Assembly (NCBI GenBank): GCA_963710565.1 | Contig: CAVQAN010000009.1 | Coordinates: 756,965 to 820,964 of the forward strand | Source of the DNA: Bryobacterales bacterium | GTDB lineage: Bacteria > Acidobacteriota > Terriglobia > Bryobacterales > Bryobacteraceae | DNA: 64,000 nucleotides | Direction of reading: 5' to 3' | Shown: positions 39,456-50,800 of the stretch, in pieces | Layout: each line of letters starts with the position of its first letter | Numbering within the stretch: position 1 is the first letter of the stretch | The notes under the pieces: generated by a model | Databases searched by the model: none | What the model was told of the DNA's origin: nothing | The model's input: the letters and a program-made list of their open reading frames with translations, nothing else | Program-made: the position numbers and the translations under genes

Positions 39456-41470
39456 GTCGTCAGGTAGCCCAGATACCCCGCGGGCACCACCGTGACGTTC
39501 AGCGAGTAGGCGCTGGCCGTTGGCGGAAGACCGCAGGAACTGAGGGGAATCGGGAAGTCCCGGCTTTGGCCGGCCGACATGGCAGGTCCGCCAAAAGTGC
39601 CAACGGGCATCCGCGTGTCGGCGATGCGGCACGGCGTGGCGGGATAGAACGCATACGAGCTGGGGCCGGTGGAGGTGTCAAAGTAGCCGTTGATGTCGAG
39701 GATCACGTCGGTCGTATCGGGAACATAGACGCTCACCGCCCCGCCGGTCCCGGCCGGCACGATGGCCGCGTTGGCCACCACGATCCCGCCCCAGGAGTTC
39801 AGCGTGGAGACGTTGGCCTGCGCCTGCCCGGTGGGCCACAGCGTCAGGTAGTAGAGTGGCCCCTCGGGCACCACGGTCACGTTCAACGAATAGGCCTGCG
39901 CCGTTCCGGGAATGCCGCAGGGGCTCTGCGGAATCGCAAAGGAGCGAGTAGAGCCGGGCGTCATGGTGGGACCGCCGAACGGCCCAGGGGCGTTCCGTGT
40001 GTCCACCACGCGGCAAGGCGTCACGGGGACGAAGCGCAGAGCCGTCGCGCCTCCCCCTGGCTGGTTCGAGGCTTGGTTGACTGCAATCGTCAGGCCGCCG
40101 GCGGAGATCTGCGCCGAGCGCCAAGGGCCAGGGTTGGCGGCCACGTTGAGCGTGACGGTGGCCGAATCGGCGCCGCTGGCCGGACCCGCCAGAGTGACCC
40201 AATCCGGCAGGTTCGAGATGGCCCATGGGCAGCCGATGCCGGTGGCGATGGTGAGCGGATAGCTCCCCCCAGCCACTGCAGCCTGGATCGAGGTGGAAGA
40301 AACGGAGTACCTGCAGTTGGCGCCCGAAGGGGCTACGTCGTACACGCTGACGTAGGCCTGGGACTGTCTGGTTTCCTCCAGGGTCGCGGGATCGACGGTG
40401 TCGACGTCGTAGGAGACATAGACGCGCCCGTTGTGGAGGATAAGCCAGGGCCGCCCCGCCAGTGTGTTGTTCGCGAGGCTGTAGTTGGTCACCGCCACGT
40501 CGTCGATGAGATTCCAGTTAAGATCGAATGCGGCCAGGTGTACATTGAATGCCGGGGGGAGGTACTGGGGAGCGGGGCGCGTTTGGCTGTCGTCCAGGTA
40601 GGCGACGAAGAACCGGTCGCCGTCGAATGCCAGGCCCTCGGAAAACTCGCCGTACGGCCGCAACGTTTGCTTGCCAAGAAGGCGCCAACTCGTGTCGTAG
40701 TGCATCACGTCCACCTCGCCCAGGAACGCGCTGCCGGTAACCAAATGGTAGACCCCGTTGACGAAGATCATGGACGATCCGCAGATCTGCGGTGGGTTGT
40801 CCAGTATCATCCTGCCCTCCGTCACCAACGCGGGGGAGAAGAAGTAGTGGTAGGTCGCGGCTCCGGTGAAGAAATCAGGGGGCGTTCCCGAGGCGTTGTT
40901 GTTGTATTGCGAGCTGACGTCCAGTTGTCCGTTGACGAAGGCGACCATCGGATCGTTCTCGGCCTCTTGCGGATCCACGATGGAAAGGTAGATTTCGGAT
41001 TCGATCTGCCAGCTCACGGCGTCGAATTTCATGAGCTTCCAGCCATGGAAACCGGGGATTTCGGGCACGTAGTCGGGAGCCCAAGCGAAGTAGTAATCGT
41101 TCCCGACCATCACCGATCCCGAGTCGTTTGCCTCGAACCCGGCGGCGTGGTCCCGGACGAAGTAATCCGCTTGGCCGGTCGGATTCATGTCCAGGTCGTA
41201 TTCCTTATAGGCATACCCGGCTCTTTGATCGGCCGCGGAGGAGGGCGGCTTGGTGCCGAATGTCACCACCAGGCGATCCGTCGCGGGGACGTAGTTAACC
41301 CGCGCGAAACCGCCCGTTCCAAAGGTCCCATCCGGCGCCACCTGAACGGTGCGTACGAACTGAAACACTCCCGTTCCCGTGCCGGCAGTTTCGGCGTTCG
41401 CCGGGGCGCCGCCGACGGCGGCCGTTCCCGGTATGCAGACCAGCATCGCTACCGCTAGAACGCGTTTCAC
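38903..41470 (-). CDS. Paralog C of the tri-module family: signal peptide + ~400-aa unknown beta-rich (glycosidase/propeller-like?) domain + BACON-like domain + 3 C-terminal modules. Intact frame
   Basis: 855 aa, GTG start with AAGGAGG RBS. MKRVLAVAMLVCIPGTAAVGGAPANA. BACON-like CRYSVSSTSIQAAVAGGSYPLTIATGIGCPWAISNLPDWVTLAGPASGADSATVTLNVAANPGPWRSAQISAGGLTIAVNQ. Then LRFVPVTPCRVVDTR…/[13 protein letters not shown]…/[13 protein letters not shown]…INGYFAP-stop. Confidence 0.8.
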   Translation of the reverse strand: MKRVLAVAMLVCIPGTAAVGGAPANAETAGTGTGVFQFVRTVQVAPDGTFGTGGFARVNYVPATDRLVVTFGTKPPSSAADQRAGYAYKEYDLDMNPTGQADYFVRDHAAGFEANDSGSVMVGNDYYFAWAPDYVPEIPGFHGWKLMKFDAVSWQIESEIYLSIVDPQEAENDPMVAFVNGQLDVSSQYNNNASGTPPDFFTGAATYHYFFSPALVTEGRMILDNPPQICGSSMIFVNGVYHLVTGSAFLGEVDVMHYDTSWRLLGKQTLRPYGEFSEGLAFDGDRFFVAYLDDSQTRPAPQYLPPAFNVHLAAFDLNWNLIDDVAVTNYSLANNTLAGRPWLILHNGRVYVSYDVDTVDPATLEETRQSQAYVSVYDVAPSGANCRYSVSSTSIQAAVAGGSYPLTIATGIGCPWAISNLPDWVTLAGPASGADSATVTLNVAANPGPWRSAQISAGGLTIAVNQASNQPGGGATALRFVPVTPCRVVDTRNAPGPFGGPTMTPGSTRSFAIPQSPCGIPGTAQAYSLNVTVVPEGPLYYLTLWPTGQAQANVSTLNSWGGIVVANAAIVPAGTGGAVSVYVPDTTDVILDINGYFDTSTGPSSYAFYPATPCRIADTRMPVGTFGGPAMSAGQSRDFPIPLSSCGLPPTASAYSLNVTVVPAGYLGYLTTWPTGQAPPVASTLNSWTGKVVANAAIVPAGTNESISVYVSNPTDVILDGNGYFAAPGSTGALTFYPVTPCRVADTRNPAGPFGGPEMAAATTRSFAIPASACNIPSTAAAYSLNLTVVPDARLSYLSAWATGSAQPNVSTLNSWDGSVVANAAIVPAGTSGAISVYVTDPTHVILDINGYFAP

Positions 41471-41640
41471 AGCCTGTTCCTCCTTTTCAGTTCCGGAAGT
41501 CCCACGCGGGCCACACAGTAAGCTCTACTACCCTCTGCCGTGGCTGAAGTTAGGCAAAATGCGACACCACGCCGTATGTCGTCTATTGCCGTCCTCTGCC
41601 GGGAGGGGTATCCTTGTTGCGATAATCGCGGGACTCACAT

Positions 41641-43683
41641 ATGAAGCCTCTCCGGGCGAAACAGCCGGTGCAGCCGGACCCAGCCGGTGAACGGCTTGAA
41701 TCCTGGAAGGAGATCGCCCGGCACCTGAATCGCGACGTCCGAACCGTGCAGCGCTGGGAGCAGAGCAAGGATCTCCCGGTGCGGCGACTGCCCGGCGGCG
41801 ATATGGCGCGGGTCTACGCCCTGCGCTCGGAGTTGGACGCCTGGTGGAATAGCCGGGGAATCCACCTGACCCCGGGGGCGGAGGGCGCGGCGGTGGAGCC
41901 GGCAAGCGCGCCGCGCAGCCCGGCGCGGATTTGGGCGGGAGTGGCTGTGGGGCTGGCTGTGCTGGCGGCGCTGACGGTCTGGGGGCTGCACCGGAAGCCT
42001 GGCGTATCGGCGCCCCTCCGGGTCGTCCCGCTCACCAGCTTGGGCGGAGAGGTCGGTTACCCGTCGTTCTCGCCGGACGGCAAGCAGGTGGTCTTCGTCT
42101 GGAACGGAGAGAAACAGGACAACCACGACTTGTACGTCCGGCAAATCGGGGTGGGCGAACCATTGCGCCTCACCAGGGACCCGGCCATGGACTCCTGGCC
42201 CTCCTGGTCCCCCGATGGACGGCAGATCGCCTTCGTTCGCTGGCGAATCGGGCAGCCGAAGTTGGAGCTCCGGGTCATCCCGGCGCTGGGCGGAACGGAC
42301 CGGCTCCTGGCGGAACGTCCGGTCCCTGAGGTTTGGCCGGTTCCGGCGGCGAGCTGGACTCCGGATAGCCGGTGGCTGATCTGCGGTCTCCCCGGCGCCA
42401 CGACTCACACCTCGCTGGTCCTGCTATCGGTCGAGACCGGTGAACAGCGGCGCCTGACCTCGCCACCCGAGGGATGGGACGGGGACGATTCCCCCGTGCT
42501 CAGCCCGGATGGACGCCAGGTGGCGTTCATACGGCGGAACGGTGTCGAATCTGGCAATGTCTTTCTGCTTAACCTCAGGCGCGATTACAGCGCGCAAGGC
42601 GAGCCTCAACAGTTGACCCACGAGGCATGCTGCGCCGTGAATCCGCTTTGGACCGCCGACGGCAGCGAGATCCTGTACCTCACCAGCGACCAGGACATTT
42701 CGACGCTACACCGAATTCCGGCGCACCCGGGCGGGCAGCCCCGGATCGTGGATACCATCGGCGCCATGGGCAACCAGCTCGCGATCTCCCGGCAGGGCGA
42801 CAGACTGGTCTACGTCGGCGGCCAGACGGATTCCGACCTCTGGCGCGTCGAGCTTCCAAGGCACGGCGTTCCCGGCGCGACCCTCGCGGCGCGGCGGGTG
42901 CTCTCCTCCAGCCGCATGGAGGCCTTTCCGGACATTTCGCCGGACGGGAAGCGGGTGGCCTTCGGCTCGAACCGGTCGGGGACGTTCGAAGTCTGGCTGG
43001 CAGAGGCGGATGGCTCCGGCGCGGTGCAGGTGACTGCGCTGGGTGGCCCTCCCGCCCTGCTGCCGAGGTTGTCGCCGGACGGCAAACAGATCGCCTATAA
43101 CGCCAACCTGGATGGAAGCCGGGATGTCTACGTCGTCGGCGCCGAGGGTGGAGTTCCTCGCCGCCTGACGCGGGCCTCCGGGGGTAACATAGCGCCCACC
43201 TGGAGCCGGGACGGGAAGTGGGTTTACTTCGCCAGTGGCCGCAGCGGGAGCTTCCAATGCTGGAAGGCCCCGAGCGATGGGGGCGCCGCCACCCAGATCA
43301 CCAGGAACGGCTGTTTCGGTGGGTTCGAGTCCGTGGACGGTCGAAGCCTGTACTATGCGAAGGATTGGGGCCCAGCGCCGATCTGGCAGGTTCCCGCGGG
43401 CGGCGGGGAAGAGCGGCCCGTCGGTCCCGCGGTCGAGACTTTCCGGGTTCCATGGAACTTCGCAGTGACCGCGGGCGGGATCTACACCCCGGCGACCACG
43501 AATCCGCTGGCCGGCTTCGAGGTGAGGTTCTATTCGTTCGCCACCGGAGCCACCGAGATTCTGGGAAGAGTCGAGAAACCGTTTGGGCGCTCCATGTCGG
43601 TCTCTCCGGACGGCCGCTGGCTGCTCTTCCAGGACTACCCGGCGCGCCGCGGTGACCTGATGCTGGTGGAGAACTTCCGGTAG
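41641..43683 (+). CDS. Membrane-anchored transcriptional regulator: N-terminal HTH DNA-binding domain + single TM helix + periplasmic TolB-like (PD40/WD40-like) beta-propeller
   Basis: 680 aa. GERLESWKEIARHLNRDVRTVQRWEQSKDLPVRRL (Acidobacteria-type HTH). TM IWAGVAVGLAVLAALTVWGL. Repeated SPDGKQ/SPDGRQ/SWSPDG…(V/I)AF motifs typical of TolB/PD40 blades. Embedded inside the paralog cluster. Confidence 0.7.
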   Translation: MKPLRAKQPVQPDPAGERLESWKEIARHLNRDVRTVQRWEQSKDLPVRRLPGGDMARVYALRSELDAWWNSRGIHLTPGAEGAAVEPASAPRSPARIWAGVAVGLAVLAALTVWGLHRKPGVSAPLRVVPLTSLGGEVGYPSFSPDGKQVVFVWNGEKQDNHDLYVRQIGVGEPLRLTRDPAMDSWPSWSPDGRQIAFVRWRIGQPKLELRVIPALGGTDRLLAERPVPEVWPVPAASWTPDSRWLICGLPGATTHTSLVLLSVETGEQRRLTSPPEGWDGDDSPVLSPDGRQVAFIRRNGVESGNVFLLNLRRDYSAQGEPQQLTHEACCAVNPLWTADGSEILYLTSDQDISTLHRIPAHPGGQPRIVDTIGAMGNQLAISRQGDRLVYVGGQTDSDLWRVELPRHGVPGATLAARRVLSSSRMEAFPDISPDGKRVAFGSNRSGTFEVWLAEADGSGAVQVTALGGPPALLPRLSPDGKQIAYNANLDGSRDVYVVGAEGGVPRRLTRASGGNIAPTWSRDGKWVYFASGRSGSFQCWKAPSDGGAATQITRNGCFGGFESVDGRSLYYAKDWGPAPIWQVPAGGGEERPVGPAVETFRVPWNFAVTAGGIYTPATTNPLAGFEVRFYSFATGATEILGRVEKPFGRSMSVSPDGRWLLFQDYPARRGDLMLVENFR

Positions 43684-43870
43684 CTTGCGGCCGGGTTACT
43701 CGACATAGACGCATTGGACGCGAGGGCCGATGCGTAACGGCCCGGTCTTGAGCCAGTCGGCGAGTCTCCAGCGAAGCGCCCGCGGCTGCTTGCCCTACGG
43801 CGCGAAACACCCGCTGACGTCGAGGATCGCGTGGGCGTCGTTGGTCACGAAGATGGACGGCCCGGGCGTG

Positions 43871-44886
43871 CTACGGCGCGAAATAGCCGTTGATATCGAG
43901 AATTACCTGCGTCGGGTCTGTCACGTAGACGCTGATCGCCCCGCTCGTCCCCGCCGGCACGATCGCCGCGTTCGCCACCACGCTCCCGTCCCACGAGTTC
44001 AACGTGGAGACGTTCGGCTGCGCCGACCCCGCCGCCCACGCCGAGAGGAACGAGAGCCGCGCGTCGGGCACCGCCGTCACGTTCACCGAATACGCCGCCG
44101 CCGTCGACGGAATGTTGCAGGCGCTGGCCGGAATGGCGAAAGAGCGCGTCGTGGCCGCCGCCATCTCCGGCCCTCCGAACGGGCCCGCGGGGTTGCGTGT
44201 GTCCGCCACGCGGCACGGCGTCACCGCGTAGAACGTCAGCGAGCCCGTACTGCCCGGCGGCGCGAAATAGCCGTTGCCGTCCAGAATCACGTCTGTCGGA
44301 TTCGAGACGTACACCGAGATCGACTCGTTGGTCCCCGCCGGGACGATCGCGGCGTTCGCCACCACCTTGCCCGTCCAGGAGTTCAGCGTCGACGCCACCG
44401 GCGGCGCCGATCCCGTCGGCCAAGTGGTCAAAAAGCCCAGATAGCCTGCCGGAACCACCGTGAAATTGAGCGAGTACGCGCTCGCCGTTGGCGGAAGACC
44501 GCAGGAACTGAGGGGGATCGGGAAGTCGCGGCTTTGGGCGGCCGACATCGTAGGTCCGCCGAACGTGCTCGCGGGCATCCGCGTGTCGGCGATGCGGCAC
44601 GGTGTGGCGGGATAGAACGCATACGAACTGGGGCCGGTGGAGGTGTCGAAGTAGCCGTTGATATCCAGGATCAGGTCGGTGGTATCGGGGACATAGACGC
44701 TCACGGCCCCGCCGCTACCGGCCGGAACGATGGCCGCGTTGGCCACCACGATCCCGCCCCAGGAGTTGAGCGTGGAGACGTTGGCCTGCGCCTGCCCGGT
44801 GGGCCACAGCGTCAGGTAATAGAGCGGACCCTCGGGCACCACCGTCACGTTCAACGAATAGGCCTGAGCCGTGTTCGGGAATGCCG
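43871..44886. repeat. ~1.0-kb near-identical (about 97%+) DNA repeat: 3' end of paralog D, duplicated in paralog F
   Basis: Constant offset of 12383 nt to 56254..57268. Identical off-frame ORFs on both strands (43730..45001 vs 56290..57303; 44004..44231 vs 56387..56614; 44197..44463 vs 56580..56846; 44428..44622 vs 56811..57005). Identity collapses abruptly at ~44886/57268. Confidence 0.8.
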
Positions 44887-47800
44887 CAGCCTCCTTGCGG
44901 AATCGCAAAGGATCGGGTGGAGTCCGCCGCAAGCGAGGGACTGCCGAACGGCCCGCCGGGGCCGCGCGTGTCCACCACGCGGCAGGGAGTTACCGGGATG
45001 AACCGGAGGCCTACCGCCGGCACGCCCGTCGTGAAGGACCACATCCCGGAACTGGCCGTCCCGCCGGCGTTCCGCGCCGCGACCTGCCAGTAGTAATTAT
45101 TGTTCGCGTTCAGCGTGCCCGGAGCGTAACTGGTGGCGGTCGTGTTCGTCACCCAAGGCGGCGCGGACGAAGCGCCGAAGTAAACGTCATACGACGTGGC
45201 CCCGGTTGAAGCGTTCCAGGCCAGGGTCGGCGCTGTCACCACGCCGATGGCTCCGTTCGACGGACCAGTCAGACCCGGCGCCGCGGGCGGGGCGACGATG
45301 TTGGTCGTAGCGCTGGCGCTGGTCGGCGCCGAGCCTCCCCCCGACAGACTTATCTGACTGGTCACCTGGGAAGGCGCGTCTGCCGCGACGTTCACCGTTA
45401 CGGTGATGGGCGGAAAGCTGGCCCCTGGCTGGAGCACATCGCTGCGGGTGCAGGTGTTACCCGAGCAGTTCCAGCCCGTGCCCGACATGGAGACCAGCGT
45501 CAGGCCGGTGGGGTCGGTCACCGTCACCGTGCCGTTGGTCGGTGCGGCGCCCGCGGCGTTGCTCACCACCACGGAGTAGGTCGCCCCCGTTTGTCCCGGT
45601 GTGAAGGCTTCGGGCTGCGTGACGCTGACACTCAAGAGTGAGCTCGTCCCCTGGGGCACCAGCAGCCGGATCACACTGCTCGAGGGGTCCGCGATGTAGA
45701 TCCTGCCGGCGGCGTCCACCGCGAGGCCATAAGGAGAATCAAGCTGGGCGCTGGTGGCCGGGCCGCCATCGCCTGAGTAGCCTCTCGTTCCGCTCCCCGC
45801 GACCGTCGTGATTGTGCCATCGGTCGCCACCTTGCGGATTCTGCTATAGCAGGGATCCGCGATGTAGAGATTGCCGGCCGCATCCACCCCCACACCATCG
45901 GGGCAGATCTGCGCGGCGGTGGCCGGACCTCCGTCGCCTGGAGACGCCGAGCCTCCGCCCGCCACGGTAGTGATGACGCCTGTCGCCGCCGCCACCATGC
46001 GAATCCGATAGTTGTAGAGGTCCGCGATGTAGAGATTGCCGGCGGCATCGAGCGCCACGCCGGTCGGGGAGAATAGCTGGGCGCTGGTAGCCAGACCGCC
46101 GTCGCCCAGCCCCGACGTGCCACCCCCGGCCACCGTCGTGATGATGCCGGTCGCCGCCGCCACCATGCGGATCCGGTTGCCGAACTGCTCCGCAATGTAA
46201 AGGTTGCCGGCTGCATCCACCGCCAAGGCCGAAGGGAAATCGAGCTGGGCCGCGGTGGCCGGGCCGCCATCCCCCAATCCAGACGTGCCACCTCCGGCCA
46301 CGGTTGTGATGGTCCCATTGACGGATACCTTGCGGACCAACTGCCCGTCATCGAAGTAGACGTTGCCCGCGGCATCCAGCGCCACGCTGTAAGGGTCACC
46401 GGCTCCCGCCACGGTCGTGATGGTGCCATCAGGCGCCGCTTTGCGGATGCGGACGTTCTTACTGTCGGCTATATAGAGGTTCCCGCGGGCGTCCACCGCC
46501 ACACCGTAAGGGTTGCTGAGGCCGGCGCTGGTGGCCGGGCCGCCGTCGCCGAATCCCGCGCTGCCGTTCCCCGCCAAGGTCGTAACGGTGCCATTGGCCG
46601 CCACCCTGCGGATCACGTTGGCATTCGTGTCCACTGCGTATAGATTCCCGGCGCCGTCCACCGCCACGCCCAAGGCTGAGGTCCACACGGTCGTGATGAT
46701 GCCATTGGGTGCCACCTTGCGGATATAGCCGTCTGAGATGTAGAGGTTTCCGGCGCCGTCCAGGGCCAGGTCCAAAGGTTGACCGATTCCGGCCGGCCCC
46801 GCTATCGTCGTGATGATGCCCGTCGTCGCCGCCACCTTGCGGACCCGGTTGTTGACGGAATCCGCGATGTAGAGATTGCCGGCGGTGTCCACCACCACGC
46901 CTGAAGGAACGGCGAGTTCCGCACTCGTGGCCGGTCCCCCGTCCCCTGAGTAGCCAAAGGTTCCGGTCCCCGCTACCGTTGTAACGGCGCCATTGGCCGC
47001 CACCTTGCGGATCGCGTTGTCGGGGAGATCCGCGATATAGACGTTGCCCTCGACGTCCACCGCGACGCCCCAAGGCTCGTAGGTTCCCTGTCCCGCCAGC
47101 GTCGTGATGGTGCCATCCGGCGCCACCTTGCGAATCGCCGAGTTCCAGTAGTCCGCGATGTAGACGTTGCCGGCGGCGTCCACGGCCACCCCGCGAGGGT
47201 TATCCAGTCGAGCGTCAATGGCCGGGCCGCCGTCGCCCGAGTAGCCCCCGACTGCTGAGCCCGCCACGCGGGCGAGAGCTCCCGAGCCGTCCACTTTGAA
47301 TACCCAGTTTCCGGAGCTGAAGTATACGTTGCCTTGCCCGTCCACGGCGACGGCCTGCGGAGCGGAAAGCGGCGCGCTCGCGGCCGGGACCCCCGAGGGC
47401 GGAACCCCGCCGCCCGCCACTGTCGTGATCAGATACTGCACGGCGACCGGCGGCGCGCCCGTCGTGAACGACCAGGTCGCGGAAACGGCAGAACCGGCGG
47501 CATTATGCGCCGCGATCTGCCAGTAGTACGTAGTGCCCGCGTTCAGCGTGCCGGGAGCGTACCTGGTCGCCGCCGTGCTCGTCACCAGGGGCGGCGGGGA
47601 TGAGGCGCCAAAGTAGACGTCGTAGGACGCAGCCCCGGTTGAGGCGTTCCAGACCAGAGTCGGCGCTAACACAACGCCCCCAGCTCCGTTCCCTGGCGAA
47701 GCTAGCGCAGGCGTCGCGGGCGGCGCGGCGATGTTAGTCGTAGCGCTGGCGCCGGTCGGTACCGAGCCTCCCCCCGACAACGTGATCTGACTGATCACCT

Positions 47801-50800
47801 GGGAGGGAGCATCCGCGGCGACGTTCACGGTCACGGTAATGGGTGGAAAGCTGGAGCCGGGCTGGAGCACGTCGCTGCGCGTGCAGGTGTTGCCCGAGCA
47901 GTTCCAGCCCGTGCCCGACATGGAAACCAGCGTCAAACCGGTGGGTACGATCTCGCTCACCGTCACCGTGCCGCCGGTCGGTCCGGCGCCCGCGGCGTTG
48001 CTTACCGCCACTGAGTAGGTGGCTCCGGTCTGCCCCGGTGTGAAGGCAGCGGGCTGGGTTACACTGACACTCAGCAGCGAACTTGTCCCCTGCGGCACGA
48101 GCAACCGGATCACATTGTTGTCGGTATCCGCGATGTAGATCCTGCCGGCGGCATCCACCGCGACGCCATAAGGGTAATTGAGTTGGGCAACGGTGGCCGA
48201 GCCGCCGTCGCCTGAGTACCCCGCGGTTCCGGTCCCCGCTACCGTCGTGATCGTCCCATCGATCGCAACCTTGCGGATCCGATGGTTGCAAGTGTCCGCG
48301 ACGTAGAGGCTGCCTGCGCCGTCCGCCGCTACGCCCGAAGGGGAGTTGAGTTGCGCGCTGATTGCCGGACCGCCATCTCCCGCGTAGCCCCCGGTTCCGT
48401 TCCCCGCGACGGTCGTTATCGTGCCATTGGGCGCCACTTCGCGAACCCGGTTGTTGCCACAGTCCGCGATGAACAGGTTGCCGGCAAGATCCACGGCCAC
48501 GCCTGCAGGCGCGTTGAGCTGCGCGCCGGTGGCCGGGCCGCCGTCGCCCGAGAATCCCGCGGTTCCGTTCCCCGCCACGGTCGTGATCGTCCCATCGACC
48601 GCAACCTTGCGGACCCGGTAGTTGTAGGTATCCGCGATGTAGAGATTGCCGGCGGCATCCACGGCCACGCCCTGCGGCATATTGAGTTCGGCGCTGGTGG
48701 CCGGGCCGCCGTCGCCCGAGAAGTCATAGTCGCCGGTCCCCGCCACGGTCGTGATGGTGCCATTGGCCACTTTTCGAATCACGTTGTCGAGCTCGTCAGC
48801 GATGTAGAGGTTGCCGGCCGCGTCCGTCGCCACGCCGGCTGGGAGGTCGATCCCGGCGCTGGTGGCCGGGCCGCCGTCGCCAGAGTACCCCCAGTTCACG
48901 CCACCCGCTGCCGTCGTAATGGTGCCATCGGTCGCCACCCTGCGGACCACGTTGTCGACGGTGTCCGCGATATAGATGTCGCCAGCGGCATCCACCGCCG
49001 CGCCTTCAGGCCCGTAGAGCTGCGCGCCGGTGGCTGGACCTCCGTCGCCCGAGTATTCCCTTCCGCTCCCCGCCGCCGTCGTAATGGTGCTATGGACATC
49101 CACCTTTCGAATCACGTAGTCGGCGCCATCCGAGATGTAGAGGTTGCCGGCGGTATCTACTGCAATGCCATCCGGGTGGAGTTCGGCGCTGGTGGCCGGG
49201 CCGCCGTCACCCGAGTAGCCCCGCTTGCCGTTCCCCGCCACCGTAGTGATGATGCCATTCGCCGCGACCTTGCGAACCCTGTCTGCGCCCCTTTCCGCTA
49301 TGTAGAGGTTGCCGGCGGCGTCCAGCGCCACGCTGTCAGGGCTGGCGAGTTCGGCGCTTGTAGCCGGGCCGCCGTCGCCTGAGTGGCAGCACTTCCCATC
49401 GCCCGCCACCGTCGTGATGATGCCATGGACATCCACCTTGCGGACCGCCTCGTTGTTGCTGTCCGCAATGTAGAGATTTCCGGCGGCATCCACTGCCACG
49501 CCCAAAGGGTTCTTGAGCTGGGCGCTGGTGGCCAAGCCCCCGTCGCCCGAATAGCCATAGCCGCCGTTCCCCGCCACAGTCGCGATCGAGCCATTGGCCG
49601 CCACCTTGCGGATCACGTTGTTGCCGTAGTCCACGATGTAGAGGTCGCCCGCGCGATCCGCCGCGACGCCCCAGGGTCGGGACAGTTGGGCGCTGGTGGC
49701 CGAGCTGCCGTCGCCAGAATAGCCCTGGGTTCCGTTCCCCGCCACGGTCGTGATGGTGCCGTTGGGGGCCACCATGCGGATCACGCTGTTCTCGGTATCG
49801 GCAATGTAGAGGTTGCCGGCGCCATCGACCGCCACGCCTATAGGGTCCCCGAGTTGGGCGCTGGTGGCCGGGCCGCCGTCGCCTGAATAGCCGCCGCCGG
49901 TTGAACCTGCCACGCGCGTGAGAACTCCCCCACTGTCAACCCTGAACACAGAGTTGGCCGCAGCGAAATAGAAGTTCCCCTGCCCGTCCGCCGCGACGCC
50001 CCACGGCTGAAACGACGCGCTCACGGCTGGCACCCCCGAGGGCGGCAGCCCACCGCCCGCCACCGTCGTGATCAGATACTGCACGGCTGCGACTGGCGCA
50101 CCCGTGGTGAACGACCACGTTGCGGAACTGGCCGTCCCCGCTACGTTACGGGCCACAACCTGCCAGTAGTAGGTGGTACCGGAATTCAAGATGCCCGGAG
50201 TGTAAGTGGTCGCCGTCGTGTTAGAGGCCATGGTTGGCGGAGATGAGGCGCCAAAGTACAGGTCATAGGACGTCGCCAGGCTCGCAGTGTTCCACACCAG
50301 AGCCGGCGCGAGCGCCACGCCGGTGGCTCCGTCCGCTGGGGAGCTCAAGACTGGCGCTACCGGAGCCGGTACGAGCGTCGTAAACGACCAGGTATCGGAA
50401 CTCGCCGTGCCCGCGCTGTCTCTGGCCACAACCTGCCAGTAGTAGGTCGTGCCCGCGGACAGCGTCCCAGGACTATAACTCGTCCCCGTGGTGTTGGTGA
50501 CGAAAGACGGAGGAGTTGCGGTACCCACATGAACGTCGTAGGAAGTGGCCCCGGCAGCAGCGCTCCAACTCAATGAAGGCGTACGGGGGACGCCGGTAGC
50601 GCGGTTGGCGGGCGCCGTGAGGATTGGCGCGGAATTGCCAGTCTCGGTCCAGGTCCCGGGCGCCCCCGACACGGAGGCCTCCTGACATGGAACACTGCCG
50701 CCGCACCAGATCTGGGACGTGTCGGCGCCGGTGGAGACGAATCCGTATTCGCTAAACAATAGCGGGTATGGACAAACCACACCGTACACGCCAGAGCAAG

